DNA from: an uncultured archaeon
GTDB taxonomy: Archaea > Thermoproteota > Nitrososphaeria_A > Caldarchaeales > Wolframiiraptoraceae
Reading direction: 5' to 3'
DNA length: 64,000 bases
Assembly: GCA_938083505.1 (NCBI GenBank)
Contig: CALKCF010000006.1
Span: 38,819-102,818 of the forward strand
The notes beneath the pieces were generated by a model that was not told the origin of the DNA, did no database searches, and was given only the letters and a program-made list of their open reading frames with translations. Numbering within the stretch: the stretch's first letter is position 1; each line of letters opens with the position of its first letter. Below are positions 18,582 through 28,280 of this stretch, piece after piece. The translations under genes and the position numbers were made by a program.

Positions 18582-19295
18582 TTATTTTTGTCTTTTCGGT
18601 GAGTATTTTGCCAAGACCATAATATGGTCCTGCTCATACTTTTCCAAGTCGACTTTCTCAAGCACGACGAAACCGTTGCTCTCCAGCACCGCAATCTCTT
18701 GCTTGTAAACTTTGCTGGGTTCTTCAACACTATCTATGCTCCTCGCCTTTATTGCTATCATGGCCAACCCACCATCCTTTAGCATAAGCCTGGAATTCTC
18801 GACCAGTATCTTAGCCTGTTCCGGCTGAGCGATGTCACAATAGATGAAATCTACTTGGCCCACGATAGATTTGTAAGTTGCGGGAAATCTGGCGTCTGTG
18901 TATATTGCTATGACGTTCTTTCTCCTATCGGCGACGTTACGCTTAAACTGTGCCAAAACCATCGGTGCAAAATCGATGCCGTAAAGCATGCCCTTCTCGC
19001 CGATTATGTCGGAGACGTGACTTGCGGTCGTCCCTGACGCAACACCTAGGTACAGTACCTTACATCCTGACCTAATACCTATTTCCTTAATACCTGAGAG
19101 AATTGCGGCCGCTAGCTTGCTCCTATAAGGAATCCATTCTCGGTACTCCTCATCTCCTACCCTGAATAACCTTTCACCATATACCCTGAAGCCCTTATCC
19201 AGGTTTCTGGTCATGAGTATCTTCTCATCATCCAAATAAGCCCAATATACGCCGTCAAACTTCTCATGCTTCTTAACGCTTAACACTCTAACCAC
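18582..19295 (-). CDS. flpA: Fibrillarin-like rRNA/tRNA 2'-O-methyltransferase
   Basis: KVLYLGVASGTTASHVSDI SAM-binding motif. Adjacent to nop5. Confidence 0.9.
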   Translation of the reverse strand: MVRVLSVKKHEKFDGVYWAYLDDEKILMTRNLDKGFRVYGERLFRVGDEEYREWIPYRSKLAAAILSGIKEIGIRSGCKVLYLGVASGTTASHVSDIIGEKGMLYGIDFAPMVLAQFKRNVADRRKNVIAIYTDARFPATYKSIVGQVDFIYCDIAQPEQAKILVENSRLMLKDGGLAMIAIKARSIDSVEEPSKVYKQEIAVLESNGFVVLEKVDLEKYEQDHIMVLAKYSPKRQK

Positions 19296-19307
19296 CCAAA
19301 AGATCCT

Positions 19308-20501
19308 TTAGCTCTTTCGTGACCCTTTAACCTTTTTTACCTTCTTCTCACGCTTAGGGGGTTCTGCGTATTTTATCCTTATCTCTTTTATCCTATCTTC
19401 CAAAGTCTTCCTAAGTTCAGCACTTCTGTCTTCACGGGAAAAGTAGTCTATGCGTGCAGCTATGGATATTTTAGCCGCGAGCACTCTAGCTATTTTACCT
19501 CTCTGCCATTTGGGCGAAGTATGCACGTATGGATGCTGGAATATTAACCCGTGCTTTGGCGCACCTCTACCAGTCTTAAGAAAACGGAAGAGTGCCTTTT
19601 CAGCGCCGAGTACCTGTATTGTGCTCGCAGGCATCCTAGCAAGCTTCTCCAAACCTCCTGCCAAAGCCAACAGCTTAGACCCAAGTATTGGTCCTGCTAT
19701 GGCGGTCAAATTCGGTGCCTCGAGGCTCATGAGTGACCTTATATAATTTTCCAAATCCTTTCGGAGTTGTATTAACCTTAGGCCCTCTTCGGCGAATCTT
19801 TTTATGTATTCTTCGTCTTGCTCTAGTAGACTGGCACCGACGGACTTTTCCTTTGCCATGAGTATCTCTCTCAACCTTTTATGACCCGGAATGATTTTTG
19901 AGAGGTTTTCTTCATTTATCCTATCCTTCAGGCCTAATTTCGTTACGATTTTTAGATAATCTTCAGGGTCGTCAATCAAGTCGTTTAGCTCAGGAAAGTG
20001 GATGCCATACCACTCTCTGCAGCCCATGTAAATGGTGTTTATCTGCTTCTCGATATTCTCATGAGCATGAACTGCTGGTATGATGAGCACATCCCTTCTA
20101 CTTATTGCGACCTTGAGACTGAGTGCTAAAGCGACGTCGCAAATCATTTTTACTCTTTGTTCATATTCTTCCCGACTGCTGACAAGTTCGTTCTTCAAGA
20201 ATAAGGATTCCAAGTCCACGGGCTCTGGCTCCACATACTTCACGCTCACAGCAGTACCTTCCATCAATTTACTCAGCGACTCAAAGATCTTCGGGTTTTC
20301 GACGGTCAGTAGGTAATAGCCCTTGTCCGCTAATTCTTTGATTAGCTCCTTTATGTCAGGGGGGAGCACCCCATTCTGTACTTTTAGGTAAACCTTTGCA
20401 GCCTCGTTAAGGTCGTCACTATAACTGCGAAAGCTTATGATCTTATCACCATCCAAGGCCACTATGCCTAACGGGCTTGCTAAGATACGCGTTGTAGCCA
20501 T
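19308..20501 (-). CDS. nop5: C/D box snoRNP protein Nop5 (Nop56/58 homolog)
   Basis: Nop domain with a lysine-rich C-terminal tail (KREKKVKKVKGSRKS). Operonic with fibrillarin. Confidence 0.85.
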   Translation of the reverse strand: MATTRILASPLGIVALDGDKIISFRSYSDDLNEAAKVYLKVQNGVLPPDIKELIKELADKGYYLLTVENPKIFESLSKLMEGTAVSVKYVEPEPVDLESLFLKNELVSSREEYEQRVKMICDVALALSLKVAISRRDVLIIPAVHAHENIEKQINTIYMGCREWYGIHFPELNDLIDDPEDYLKIVTKLGLKDRINEENLSKIIPGHKRLREILMAKEKSVGASLLEQDEEYIKRFAEEGLRLIQLRKDLENYIRSLMSLEAPNLTAIAGPILGSKLLALAGGLEKLARMPASTIQVLGAEKALFRFLKTGRGAPKHGLIFQHPYVHTSPKWQRGKIARVLAAKISIAARIDYFSREDRSAELRKTLEDRIKEIRIKYAEPPKREKKVKKVKGSRKS

Positions 20502-20591
20502 ATTAATTCAAGATAAACTCTATGTATTACAATATAGCTGTTGTCATAAGATATAAATGGACGGGCGAATATGTAATCCCGGGAATTTGAT

Positions 20592-20759
20592 ATGCCAAGC
20601 CATGGGTCCGTGACTAAGGCTGGTAAGGTCAGGTCCCAAACGCCAAAGTTAGAGGCAAAACCGAGAAGTAGCCCAATCCCTAGGATAAGGAACAGGAACA
20701 ACTACAGGCTGAGGGTGCTGGAAGCTAAACCGTCGGAGGAAAGGAGCATCCAGGAGTAG
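20592..20759 (+). CDS. rps30e: 30S ribosomal protein S30e (not in the ORF track because it is under 60 aa)
   Basis: Translation MPSHGSVTKAGKVRSQTPKLEAKPRSSPIPRIRNRNNYRLRVLEAKPSEERSIQE matches the conserved S30e core HGSLTKAGKVRSQTPK. TATA-like ATATAAA about 35 nt upstream. The 3' end overlaps the purB stop on the opposite strand. Confidence 0.75.
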   Translation: MPSHGSVTKAGKVRSQTPKLEAKPRSSPIPRIRNRNNYRLRVLEAKPSEERSIQE

Positions 20760-22098
20760 ACAACCTTCTTTTCACTTCTTCGACTATCTGATTTATTATC
20801 AGCTTTGATGCACCCAAGCATGCATCTGGCCTCATAACACTCTCTACCTCCTCCCTCGATATCTTATGTGTGACTTCTGGCACTTCTAGTAGGGCACTAA
20901 CGAAGGGCACATCTGTCCTTTCCGATGCTTTCTGAATTATTCTATAAGCGCTAACCCTACAAAAGCCCTTCTTTAACATCAGGTCTAGTATAAACTCGGA
21001 AAATATCCTCCCGTCGGTCTTTTGGATGTTAGCCTTTATGGCTTCCTCATTAACTTTAAGCCCCCTTAACACCTCTATCATGGTTTTAAGCGCTTCTTCA
21101 AGTAAGATGATGCTCATAGGGATTATGAAACGCTCATTCGCTGAGTTCGTTAAATCTCTCTCATGCCACAGTGGTATGTTATCGAGGGCAACTTGAACTA
21201 GGGGTCTTAATAAGCGTGCTATCGAAGAGACCTTTTCGGATTTTATGGGGTTCCTTTTCACAGGAACTGCTGAACTTCCAACCTGTCCCGGCTTGAACGG
21301 TTCCTCAACCTCGCCTATTTCTGTCCTTTGAAGGTTCCTTATCTCCGTAGCAATCTTATCTAAAGTGGATGCAAGTATTGCGGCGAAGAAGACGACCTCT
21401 GCATAGAGCTCTCTGGGAACGATTTGTGTTGCAGCATCAACGGGCTTCAGGGCAAGCTTTTCTGCAACACGTCTTTGGACCTCGAGCGCCTTCTCACCCA
21501 TGAGCGAGCCCGTACCAACTACACCCAGCGTTTTACATACTAATACCCTTTTAAGCAGTTGGTCGAGCCTGTCAAAATGTCTCAGCATCTCAGAGGCCCA
21601 GACAGCGAATTTCAAACCAAACGACATTATGCTCGCGTGCTGTCCATGTGTTCTTCCAACTGCGTGCAGGTCAGCATACCGCTGTGCCATCTCAGATAAA
21701 AGAATCGTAAGCTCGCGCATCCTGTTCTCGATTATTCTCATGGCATCCCTTATCTGTAAGGACATAGCAGTATCCAAGAGGTCATTGCTCGTCAACCCAT
21801 AATGGACCCATGGCTTCGCGTGTTCTTCGCATACCTCAACCAAAACTTCCACGATGTTTGCGGGCTCGTGACCTATTCTCTTCTCAACTTCTTTGCACTT
21901 ATCTAGCGTTACATAGTTAAGATTGGCCTTTGAGGTTATCTCTTTACCTGCGTCCAAAGGTATGATTCCTAGCTCTGCTTGGGCCTCTGCGACCGCTGCC
22001 TCGACCGCTAGCATATACTTAAGCCTGCTAACCTCCTCGAATATCTCTCTTATCTCCTTGCTGCCATACCTCTCAGAATCTATAGGAAGCACGGGCAT
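20725..22098 (-). CDS. purB: Adenylosuccinate lyase
   Basis: Fumarate-lyase signature GSSAVPVKRNP. Confidence 0.85.
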   Translation of the reverse strand: MPVLPIDSERYGSKEIREIFEEVSRLKYMLAVEAAVAEAQAELGIIPLDAGKEITSKANLNYVTLDKCKEVEKRIGHEPANIVEVLVEVCEEHAKPWVHYGLTSNDLLDTAMSLQIRDAMRIIENRMRELTILLSEMAQRYADLHAVGRTHGQHASIMSFGLKFAVWASEMLRHFDRLDQLLKRVLVCKTLGVVGTGSLMGEKALEVQRRVAEKLALKPVDAATQIVPRELYAEVVFFAAILASTLDKIATEIRNLQRTEIGEVEEPFKPGQVGSSAVPVKRNPIKSEKVSSIARLLRPLVQVALDNIPLWHERDLTNSANERFIIPMSIILLEEALKTMIEVLRGLKVNEEAIKANIQKTDGRIFSEFILDLMLKKGFCRVSAYRIIQKASERTDVPFVSALLEVPEVTHKISREEVESVMRPDACLGASKLIINQIVEEVKRRLSTPGCSFPPTV

Positions 22099-22157
22099 AC
22101 CTATCTCAAACCAATACTACGAAGGTTTTGATGTTTTTATCTTTAAACCCAAGCTCG

Positions 22158-23087
22158 TCAGCTTACAGATTTTTCGAGAAGTTTAAGCTCCCTATGGACT
22201 TTTATAAGCCTCTTCAATATCTCGGACTTTATTTCCCTCCAATCCCTGTCTGCAGGTGCAGAGAACCGTATCTGAACGATATAATGCTCCTTATCGCTTT
22301 GCTCGTTAATTATTATCTCCTCTATTATCCCTTTCATATCGTCCAATAATGCGTCCCTAATCCGCCCCAAGACCAAATCTGGGTCGTAATCTACCTTGAA
22401 TTCGTAACGGACTTGCGATATCCTTTCTAGCTGACGCTCGGGCGTATAATTAACAAGTGCTGCGTTGAATAGTATCCTGTTCGGTATTTTTAACTCTAAA
22501 CCGCTCTCTGATATCATCAATGAGTAAAGCAGACCAACCTCGATGATTCTACCCCTATAACCTACGAATATATAGTCAGGCGAAAAGTACTTGTAACCAG
22601 GCAGGAATGCCCACTGGTACGGCATCTCAGGGGTCACAAGCCTAATCTCGTCTCCGGGCTTCACGTAACCTGTAAGCAACACTATAAGACCAGCGAAGAC
22701 GTTGCTAAGCACAGGCTGTATTGCCAGACCGACTATAAGTCCAGAAAAGGTCCCTCCTAAGAGAGCTGCCTCAGGGCTTATTCCTAAAGATGCGAGAATT
22801 ATGATGAGAAGTATGATGCCAGCTATTATATAAGTAAATATCTTCAGCGCGTTCGTGACAGCATAAACCTTACGCCCGTACTTGGGTATAAAAATTTTGA
22901 GGGCAAGGCCACTTATGCTGTAAACTATTAACACGACGCCTATGACCGTTAAGGTTGTATAAATGGTGTTGAGGGGAATGCTAGGCGGAATTACCTGCAT
23001 ACCCCATAAGAACCACATGAGTACGGCTAAGAGGCCCAAAGCTAAGATACTCATTATTATTCTCGTAGCTATTTTTCTCGCACTCAT
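22158..23087 (-). CDS. Small-conductance mechanosensitive channel (MscS family)
   Basis: Three N-terminal TM helices followed by a beta-domain. 309 aa. Confidence 0.6.
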   Translation of the reverse strand: MSARKIATRIIMSILALGLLAVLMWFLWGMQVIPPSIPLNTIYTTLTVIGVVLIVYSISGLALKIFIPKYGRKVYAVTNALKIFTYIIAGIILLIIILASLGISPEAALLGGTFSGLIVGLAIQPVLSNVFAGLIVLLTGYVKPGDEIRLVTPEMPYQWAFLPGYKYFSPDYIFVGYRGRIIEVGLLYSLMISESGLELKIPNRILFNAALVNYTPERQLERISQVRYEFKVDYDPDLVLGRIRDALLDDMKGIIEEIIINEQSDKEHYIVQIRFSAPADRDWREIKSEILKRLIKVHRELKLLEKSVS

Positions 23088-23304
23088 CTCACATCAACTC
23101 GTCTATTAAGAGCAGGCTCGCTAAGACGGTGCTGGCGCGCTTTTAAACCTTGTGTTCGCATTCCGGGAATTAGTTTGGCATCTTTGAGAAAAATTTCCGA
23201 TAAAATGAACTAATTACAGTAGCATACTACACTTTAGTAATACAATAAAATATAGAGATATAAAATTATTAAAAAATTAAATATTATTAAATTCAAGAAA
23301 TTAT

Positions 23305-25260
23305 GTGGGGTCAATCTGTATGGGCCTAACGATGGCCCAGAAGATAATAAAAGAGCACCTTGTTAGTGGAAAACCTGAGCCTGGCGAGGTTGTTTCTATA
23401 AAAGTTGACCAAGTCCTGATGCAGGACGCGACGGGTACAATGGTTATGCTAGAATTTGAAGCAATGGGCATCCCACGTGTAAAGGTTCCGCTGGCTGTAG
23501 TTTATGTCGACCACAACACACTCCAGATCGACAACCTAAACGCTGACGACCACGTATTCTTAAGGACCGTGGCGGCGAAGTACGGCGCATATTACTCTAG
23601 ACCTGGGAACGGTATCTGCCATCAAGTACACTTAGAGAGGTTCGCAGTTCCTGGGCAAGTACTACTCGGTTCTGATAGCCATACACCAACAGCTGGTGGT
23701 ATGGGCATGCTGGCCATAGGTGTCGGCGGTCTGGAAGTTGCGGCCGCGATGGCGGGAGAGCCCTATGAGTTCAAAGTGCCCGAAATCGTCAAAGTTATCC
23801 TTGAAGGCGAGTTGAAAAGACCCTGGGTTACAGCCATGGACATCGTGTTCGAGTTGTTGAGAAGGTTTACGGTTAAGGGTGGTGTCGGAAAGATATTTGA
23901 GTACGTCGGTCCCGGTGTTAAGACGCTCACGGTAACCGAGAGAGCGACTGTAGCTAACTTTGGAGCGGAACTAGGTTTAACAACGTCAATATTTCCATCA
24001 GACGAAAGGACGAGGCACTACCTTGAAGCCCAAGGTAGAGGAAGTGTGTGGAGGGAAATAAGCCCTGACCCTGACGCAGAATATGTGGATACTATCGCTT
24101 TGAACCTGAGCGAGTTAGAACCTTACGTCGCCAAGCCGCACCAACCCGATAACGTCGTGAAAATAAGCGAGCTCAAGGGCATAAAAGTAGATCAGGTATG
24201 TATCGGAAGTTGCACAAACTCATCATATCAAATAATGAAGGCTGTAGCCCAGATACTTAAGGGGAGGGGTGTTGCGCCGCACGTTAGCATGACGATCTCA
24301 CCGGGATCCAGGCAAGTTTACGAGATGTTAGCCAGGGAAGGTGCATTGGCTGACATGATAGCAGCTGGTGCAAGGATTCTCGAAGCGGCATGCGGTCCTT
24401 GTATAGGCATGGGTCAAGCACCACCCTACAACGGCGTTTCTGTTAGGTCCTTTAATAGGAACTTTAAGGGTAGGTCGGGAACGTCCGAAGCAAGTGTCTA
24501 CTTGGTCAACCCGCTTGTAGCAACGTATATAGCTTTAAAGGGAGAATTCGCAGACCCAAGAGAGTCCGATATCAACGTCACATACGTCGAAGAACCTGAG
24601 CGCTTTTTGATAAACGATAACATGATAATCCCCCCATCACAAACGCCCGAGGCTGTTGAGGTGATAAAAGGACCAAACATAAAGGAGGTGCCTATAAAGG
24701 AACCTTTAGCAGAATCTTTAACCGCTAAGGTTTTGATAAAGGTTGGCGACAATATAAGCACAGACGACATACTTCCGGCAGGTGCGAAGATTTTACCACT
24801 AAGGTCAAACATACCTGAAATATCGAAGTACACCTTCAGCAGGATAGACCCTAATTTCTACGAAAGGGCACGGGCCGCAAAGGCTGGGATAATAGTAGCT
24901 GGCGAGAACTACGGCCAGGGCTCTTCAAGGGAGCATGCAGCAATCGCGCCCATGTACCTAGGCGTGAAGGCCGTAATAGCTAAGTCTCTAGCCAGAATAC
25001 ATAAAGAGAATTTAATCAACTTTGGAATAATCCCGTTGACGTTCAAAGAACCATCGGACTACGATAGGATAGATGTTGATGATGAGTTAGAAATTCCAAA
25101 ACTGGCAGAAGCTGTAAGAAAAGGTGAGCCGATAAGAATCATAAACAAGACAAAAGTTATAGAATTCGTTGCAACGTATAGCCTCATTGAGAAGCAAAAG
25201 GAAGTGTTGTTGGAAGGTGGTCTCCTTTCCTACATAAAGAAGAAGGCACGAACATCCTGA
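23305..25260 (+). CDS. Aconitase-family hydro-lyase (aconitate hydratase-like) with fused LeuC-like catalytic and LeuD-like swivel domains
   Basis: SDSHT motif and Fe-S ligand motifs (CIGSCTNSS, CGPCIG) in the N-terminal ~430 aa. C-terminal swivel domain with GENYGQGSSREHAA. 651 aa. Confidence 0.7.
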   Translation: MGSICMGLTMAQKIIKEHLVSGKPEPGEVVSIKVDQVLMQDATGTMVMLEFEAMGIPRVKVPLAVVYVDHNTLQIDNLNADDHVFLRTVAAKYGAYYSRPGNGICHQVHLERFAVPGQVLLGSDSHTPTAGGMGMLAIGVGGLEVAAAMAGEPYEFKVPEIVKVILEGELKRPWVTAMDIVFELLRRFTVKGGVGKIFEYVGPGVKTLTVTERATVANFGAELGLTTSIFPSDERTRHYLEAQGRGSVWREISPDPDAEYVDTIALNLSELEPYVAKPHQPDNVVKISELKGIKVDQVCIGSCTNSSYQIMKAVAQILKGRGVAPHVSMTISPGSRQVYEMLAREGALADMIAAGARILEAACGPCIGMGQAPPYNGVSVRSFNRNFKGRSGTSEASVYLVNPLVATYIALKGEFADPRESDINVTYVEEPERFLINDNMIIPPSQTPEAVEVIKGPNIKEVPIKEPLAESLTAKVLIKVGDNISTDDILPAGAKILPLRSNIPEISKYTFSRIDPNFYERARAAKAGIIVAGENYGQGSSREHAAIAPMYLGVKAVIAKSLARIHKENLINFGIIPLTFKEPSDYDRIDVDDELEIPKLAEAVRKGEPIRIINKTKVIEFVATYSLIEKQKEVLLEGGLLSYIKKKARTS

Positions 25261-25366
25261 ATGTCAGCTGACGTATGCATTTTAGCTGTGCACCTTTGGT
25301 GGATGGAGGGCATAACTATATATCTTCCCGGTCGGAAAGAATCATGAATACACGCAAGTAAAACGG

Positions 25367-25831
25367 GTGGGTCTTTTGCCAACGAGGTTAAGAAAAATAA
25401 GAAAACTAAGGGGTTCGAGGACGTGCGGCTGGGGGCAGATAGGGCAACATAGAAAGCATGGCTCTAAAGGAGGTAGAGGTATGGCGGGAAGCCATAAGCA
25501 CAAGTGGACTTGGATTTTGAAGTATGCGCCCGACTATTTCGGCAAGCATGGTTTCTTTAGACCGAATATGAGGGTTTACAGGACAATTAACCTAAAACAA
25601 CTCTGCGAAATTGCTGAGGCGATTGAAAAAAGCGAAAACGCACAGAAGATAGACAATATGCTGCTTGTAAACCTCAATTCCATGGGTATAGAAAAGGTCT
25701 TGGGCGGTGGCGATGTTTATAAGCCGCTATTGGTTGTCGCGGAGAGATGGACTGAGCAGGCAAGTAAAAAAATATCTGATGCTGGGGGCAAAATTATAAA
25801 GCCTGACGAGCTAACCGCTTTAATAGGATAA
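25367..25831 (+). CDS. rpl15: 50S ribosomal protein L15 (uL15)
   Basis: RKLRGSRTCGWGQIGQHRKHGSKGGRGMAG is the uL15 N-terminus. Immediately upstream of secY. Confidence 0.85.
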   Translation: MGLLPTRLRKIRKLRGSRTCGWGQIGQHRKHGSKGGRGMAGSHKHKWTWILKYAPDYFGKHGFFRPNMRVYRTINLKQLCEIAEAIEKSENAQKIDNMLLVNLNSMGIEKVLGGGDVYKPLLVVAERWTEQASKKISDAGGKIIKPDELTALIG

Positions 25832-25838
25832 AGCGGAC

Positions 25839-27272
25839 GTGGAACGGTTGTCGGCAGCAAGAGGGCTCATTGAAAGCATAAGCCGGTTTATGCCAGAAGT
25901 AGCTAGACCAACGAGGAAAATTGGTCTAGCTGAAAAGCTCGTGTGGACGGCCTTGGCTATGCTCATATACCTCATCATGGGAGAGGTGTACCTTTATGGT
26001 GTACCGAGGGGACAAGTTACTGAACAAATCTTTATACTCCATGTTGTTTTCGCTCAAAAAACTGGAACTTTGACTACGCTCGGTATTGGACCAATAGTCA
26101 CGGCTGGCATACTCCTCCAGTTGTTGGTCGGTGCGGAAATAATAAAATTGGATTTAAAGAAACCTGAGGATAGGGCACTTTTTACGTCCGCAAGCAAGAT
26201 TCTATCACTTGTGGTTGCCGCAATTCAAGCGCTCGCATTCAGTGTGAGTGGTATGTTTGGTACAATAACGACGGTGCAAGCAGCTTTAATATTCATCCAG
26301 CTTATGATAGCTACATTCGTAATAATGATGCTTGATGAGTTGATACAAAGAGGTTGGGGGCTCGGTAGCGGCATAAGTTTGTTCATAGCTGTCGGTGTTG
26401 CACAAGATATAATGATTAAGTTGTTTTCGCCAATGATTGTATCCCCAGATGGGCTTTATCAGGGAGTCATACTTGCGACGTTCCAATCGCTCCTTTCTGG
26501 AGGGGGAATATCTCCAGTAATCATGCGCACTCACAACATGCCAGACCTTGTTGGTTTCATGACAACCATCATTCTAATTTTGGTGGTGATATATCTTAAC
26601 GCGGTTGAGGTCGACATACCAATATCCTACGCCAAGTTCTCTGGATTCAGAGCAAAGTATCCAGTGAAGTTGCTTTACGTCTCAGTCATACCAGTAATCT
26701 TTGCTAGCATGATATTCGGCAACGTTTATTATCTAGCGTCAATTTTATGGAATACTTACAATCAAGATGGGAATAACGTCTTTTTGAATTTGTTAGGTAC
26801 ATTCAAGAAGACTGAAGGGGGACAAATAGTACCGACAGGTGGGTTAGCCTACTACGTGACATCACCTGGTTCTATAGAAGGTTTATTGAAAGACCCGATT
26901 AGGGGCATCGCATACGCTGGACTGCTCATCGCGCTTTGTCTACTATTTGCTAAGTTTTGGGTAAATATAGGCGGACTAAGTCCTTCGAAAGTGGCGGAGC
27001 AATTAGTCAGCGCAGGTATGCAAGTCCCTGGATTCAGGAGGGCGCCTGAAGTTATAGAAAAAATAATAGGGAAATACATTTCGACAGTCACGGTATTGGG
27101 AGCGATACTCGTTGGACTTATAGCAGGTGTCGCAGATTATACCAACACCTTCGGAACCGGTACTGGTCTCCTCTTGTTGATAGGAATTATGTACCAGTAC
27201 TACCAACTCTTAGTTAGGGAGAGGCTTACAGAGATGTATCCAGCATTGGGTAAGATCCTCGGTGAGACCTGA
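25839..27272 (+). CDS. secY: Preprotein translocase subunit SecY
   Basis: 477 aa with 10 TM helices. Conserved archaeal SecY N-terminus ...KLVWTALAMLIYLIMGEV. Confidence 0.9.
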   Translation: MERLSAARGLIESISRFMPEVARPTRKIGLAEKLVWTALAMLIYLIMGEVYLYGVPRGQVTEQIFILHVVFAQKTGTLTTLGIGPIVTAGILLQLLVGAEIIKLDLKKPEDRALFTSASKILSLVVAAIQALAFSVSGMFGTITTVQAALIFIQLMIATFVIMMLDELIQRGWGLGSGISLFIAVGVAQDIMIKLFSPMIVSPDGLYQGVILATFQSLLSGGGISPVIMRTHNMPDLVGFMTTIILILVVIYLNAVEVDIPISYAKFSGFRAKYPVKLLYVSVIPVIFASMIFGNVYYLASILWNTYNQDGNNVFLNLLGTFKKTEGGQIVPTGGLAYYVTSPGSIEGLLKDPIRGIAYAGLLIALCLLFAKFWVNIGGLSPSKVAEQLVSAGMQVPGFRRAPEVIEKIIGKYISTVTVLGAILVGLIAGVADYTNTFGTGTGLLLLIGIMYQYYQLLVRERLTEMYPALGKILGET

Positions 27273-27784
27273 TGAATCCAAGTAGTTTTTCTATGCTACT
27301 TATAATAATCATAGCGATACTGACAGTATCAATAACAAATTTCATCAGAAAGTCCATAATTAAAAAACAAGATATGGAAAAGATGATAGAGGCAAACTTA
27401 TTTAGGCAAGAACTTATGAGGGCAAAGAGGCGAGGCGATCAGAAAACCATTCAGAAGCTAGAAAAGCGGATGGATTATATAAAGAAGATAGAGTTCGAGA
27501 TCATGAAGAAGAATCTTGTGGTAATGATAATCAGCATGGCACTTTTTCTAGGTGTATATTGTATCATGTCCATGTCTTTCGGCGATATCGGAGTACCACT
27601 ACCTGGCGACTTTTTTATACCTCTTATAACTCAAGAAGGTGCGTTAACTTTTTATGGATGGTACATCTTAGTGTTCTTTGCAATAAGTTTGCCTCTCTCT
27701 AAGGCATTTGGTCTAGGTATGATGGGTGGTGGTCTTGCCGAGAAGAGCTCTCAGGACAAGAAGCAGGAAAAGAAAGCTAGTTAG
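27272..27784 (+). CDS. DUF106/EMC3-TMCO1-like membrane protein (probable archaeal YidC/Oxa1-superfamily insertase homolog)
   Basis: 170 aa. TM helix, charged coiled-coil segment (KMIEANLFRQELMRAKRRGDQKTIQKLEKR), then further TM helices. Conserved position after secY. Confidence 0.6.
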   Translation: MNPSSFSMLLIIIIAILTVSITNFIRKSIIKKQDMEKMIEANLFRQELMRAKRRGDQKTIQKLEKRMDYIKKIEFEIMKKNLVVMIISMALFLGVYCIMSMSFGDIGVPLPGDFFIPLITQEGALTFYGWYILVFFAISLPLSKAFGLGMMGGGLAEKSSQDKKQEKKAS

Positions 27785-28025
27785 AAAACCGGGCGGTAAG
27801 CTCGTTATTCACTACTTTGCTGAAAGACCAGGAGTGCCACGTTGTGGTAAGTGCGGTAAACCGCTGCACGGTATCTGTGTCGAAAAACCTTCAAAGACCT
27901 CCAAAAGTGAGAGAACGGTATCGAGGATTTATGGAGGAAATATTTGCTTCTCTTGTCTAAAAGAAGCGCTAACGAACCATGCATACGATCTTTGGACAGC
28001 ATATGAAGCGCAAGTTGGACGGTGA
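27726..28025 (+). CDS. rpl34e: 50S ribosomal protein L34e
   Basis: PRRALRTRSRKRKLVRKPGGKLVIHY plus the CGKCGKPLHG zinc motif. Overlaps the DUF106 gene by 59 nt. Confidence 0.8.
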   Translation: MVVLPRRALRTRSRKRKLVRKPGGKLVIHYFAERPGVPRCGKCGKPLHGICVEKPSKTSKSERTVSRIYGGNICFSCLKEALTNHAYDLWTAYEAQVGR

Positions 28026-28077
28026 TACATCATTTAGAAAAAGCTTTTTACGTTAGGAGAAAATTTACAAGAACACC

Positions 28078-28191
28078 ATGTCGCTGGAGGCATTCTTTGA
28101 TCAAGTGAGGCTAAACATTTATTGGCTGGTCTTGTTCGTGTTGTTTTTAGTGCTAACGTACATTGTGAAAACTCGTGGTGAGAAAGCCTGA
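28078..28191 (+). CDS. Possible 37-aa single-pass membrane peptide (speculative)
   Basis: ATG at 28078 encodes MSLEAFFDQVRLNIYWLVLFVLFLVLTYIVKTRGEKA, a hydrophobic helix with a basic C-terminus. An AGGAGA lies about 18 nt upstream. Confidence 0.2.
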   Translation: MSLEAFFDQVRLNIYWLVLFVLFLVLTYIVKTRGEKA

Positions 28192-28280
28192 GCTTCCTAA
28201 CAAGCGAAGATGCCGAATACGTCCATACATTTTTTAGCGAATATTACACAAAAAACGCAGAGAACGTATACATACCCAAC

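Noticed and set aside
20480-20701. 73-aa minus-strand track ORF between nop5 and purB
   Set aside because: The + strand here encodes a convincing S30e with a promoter element. The minus-strand ORF has no motif and is an overlap artifact.
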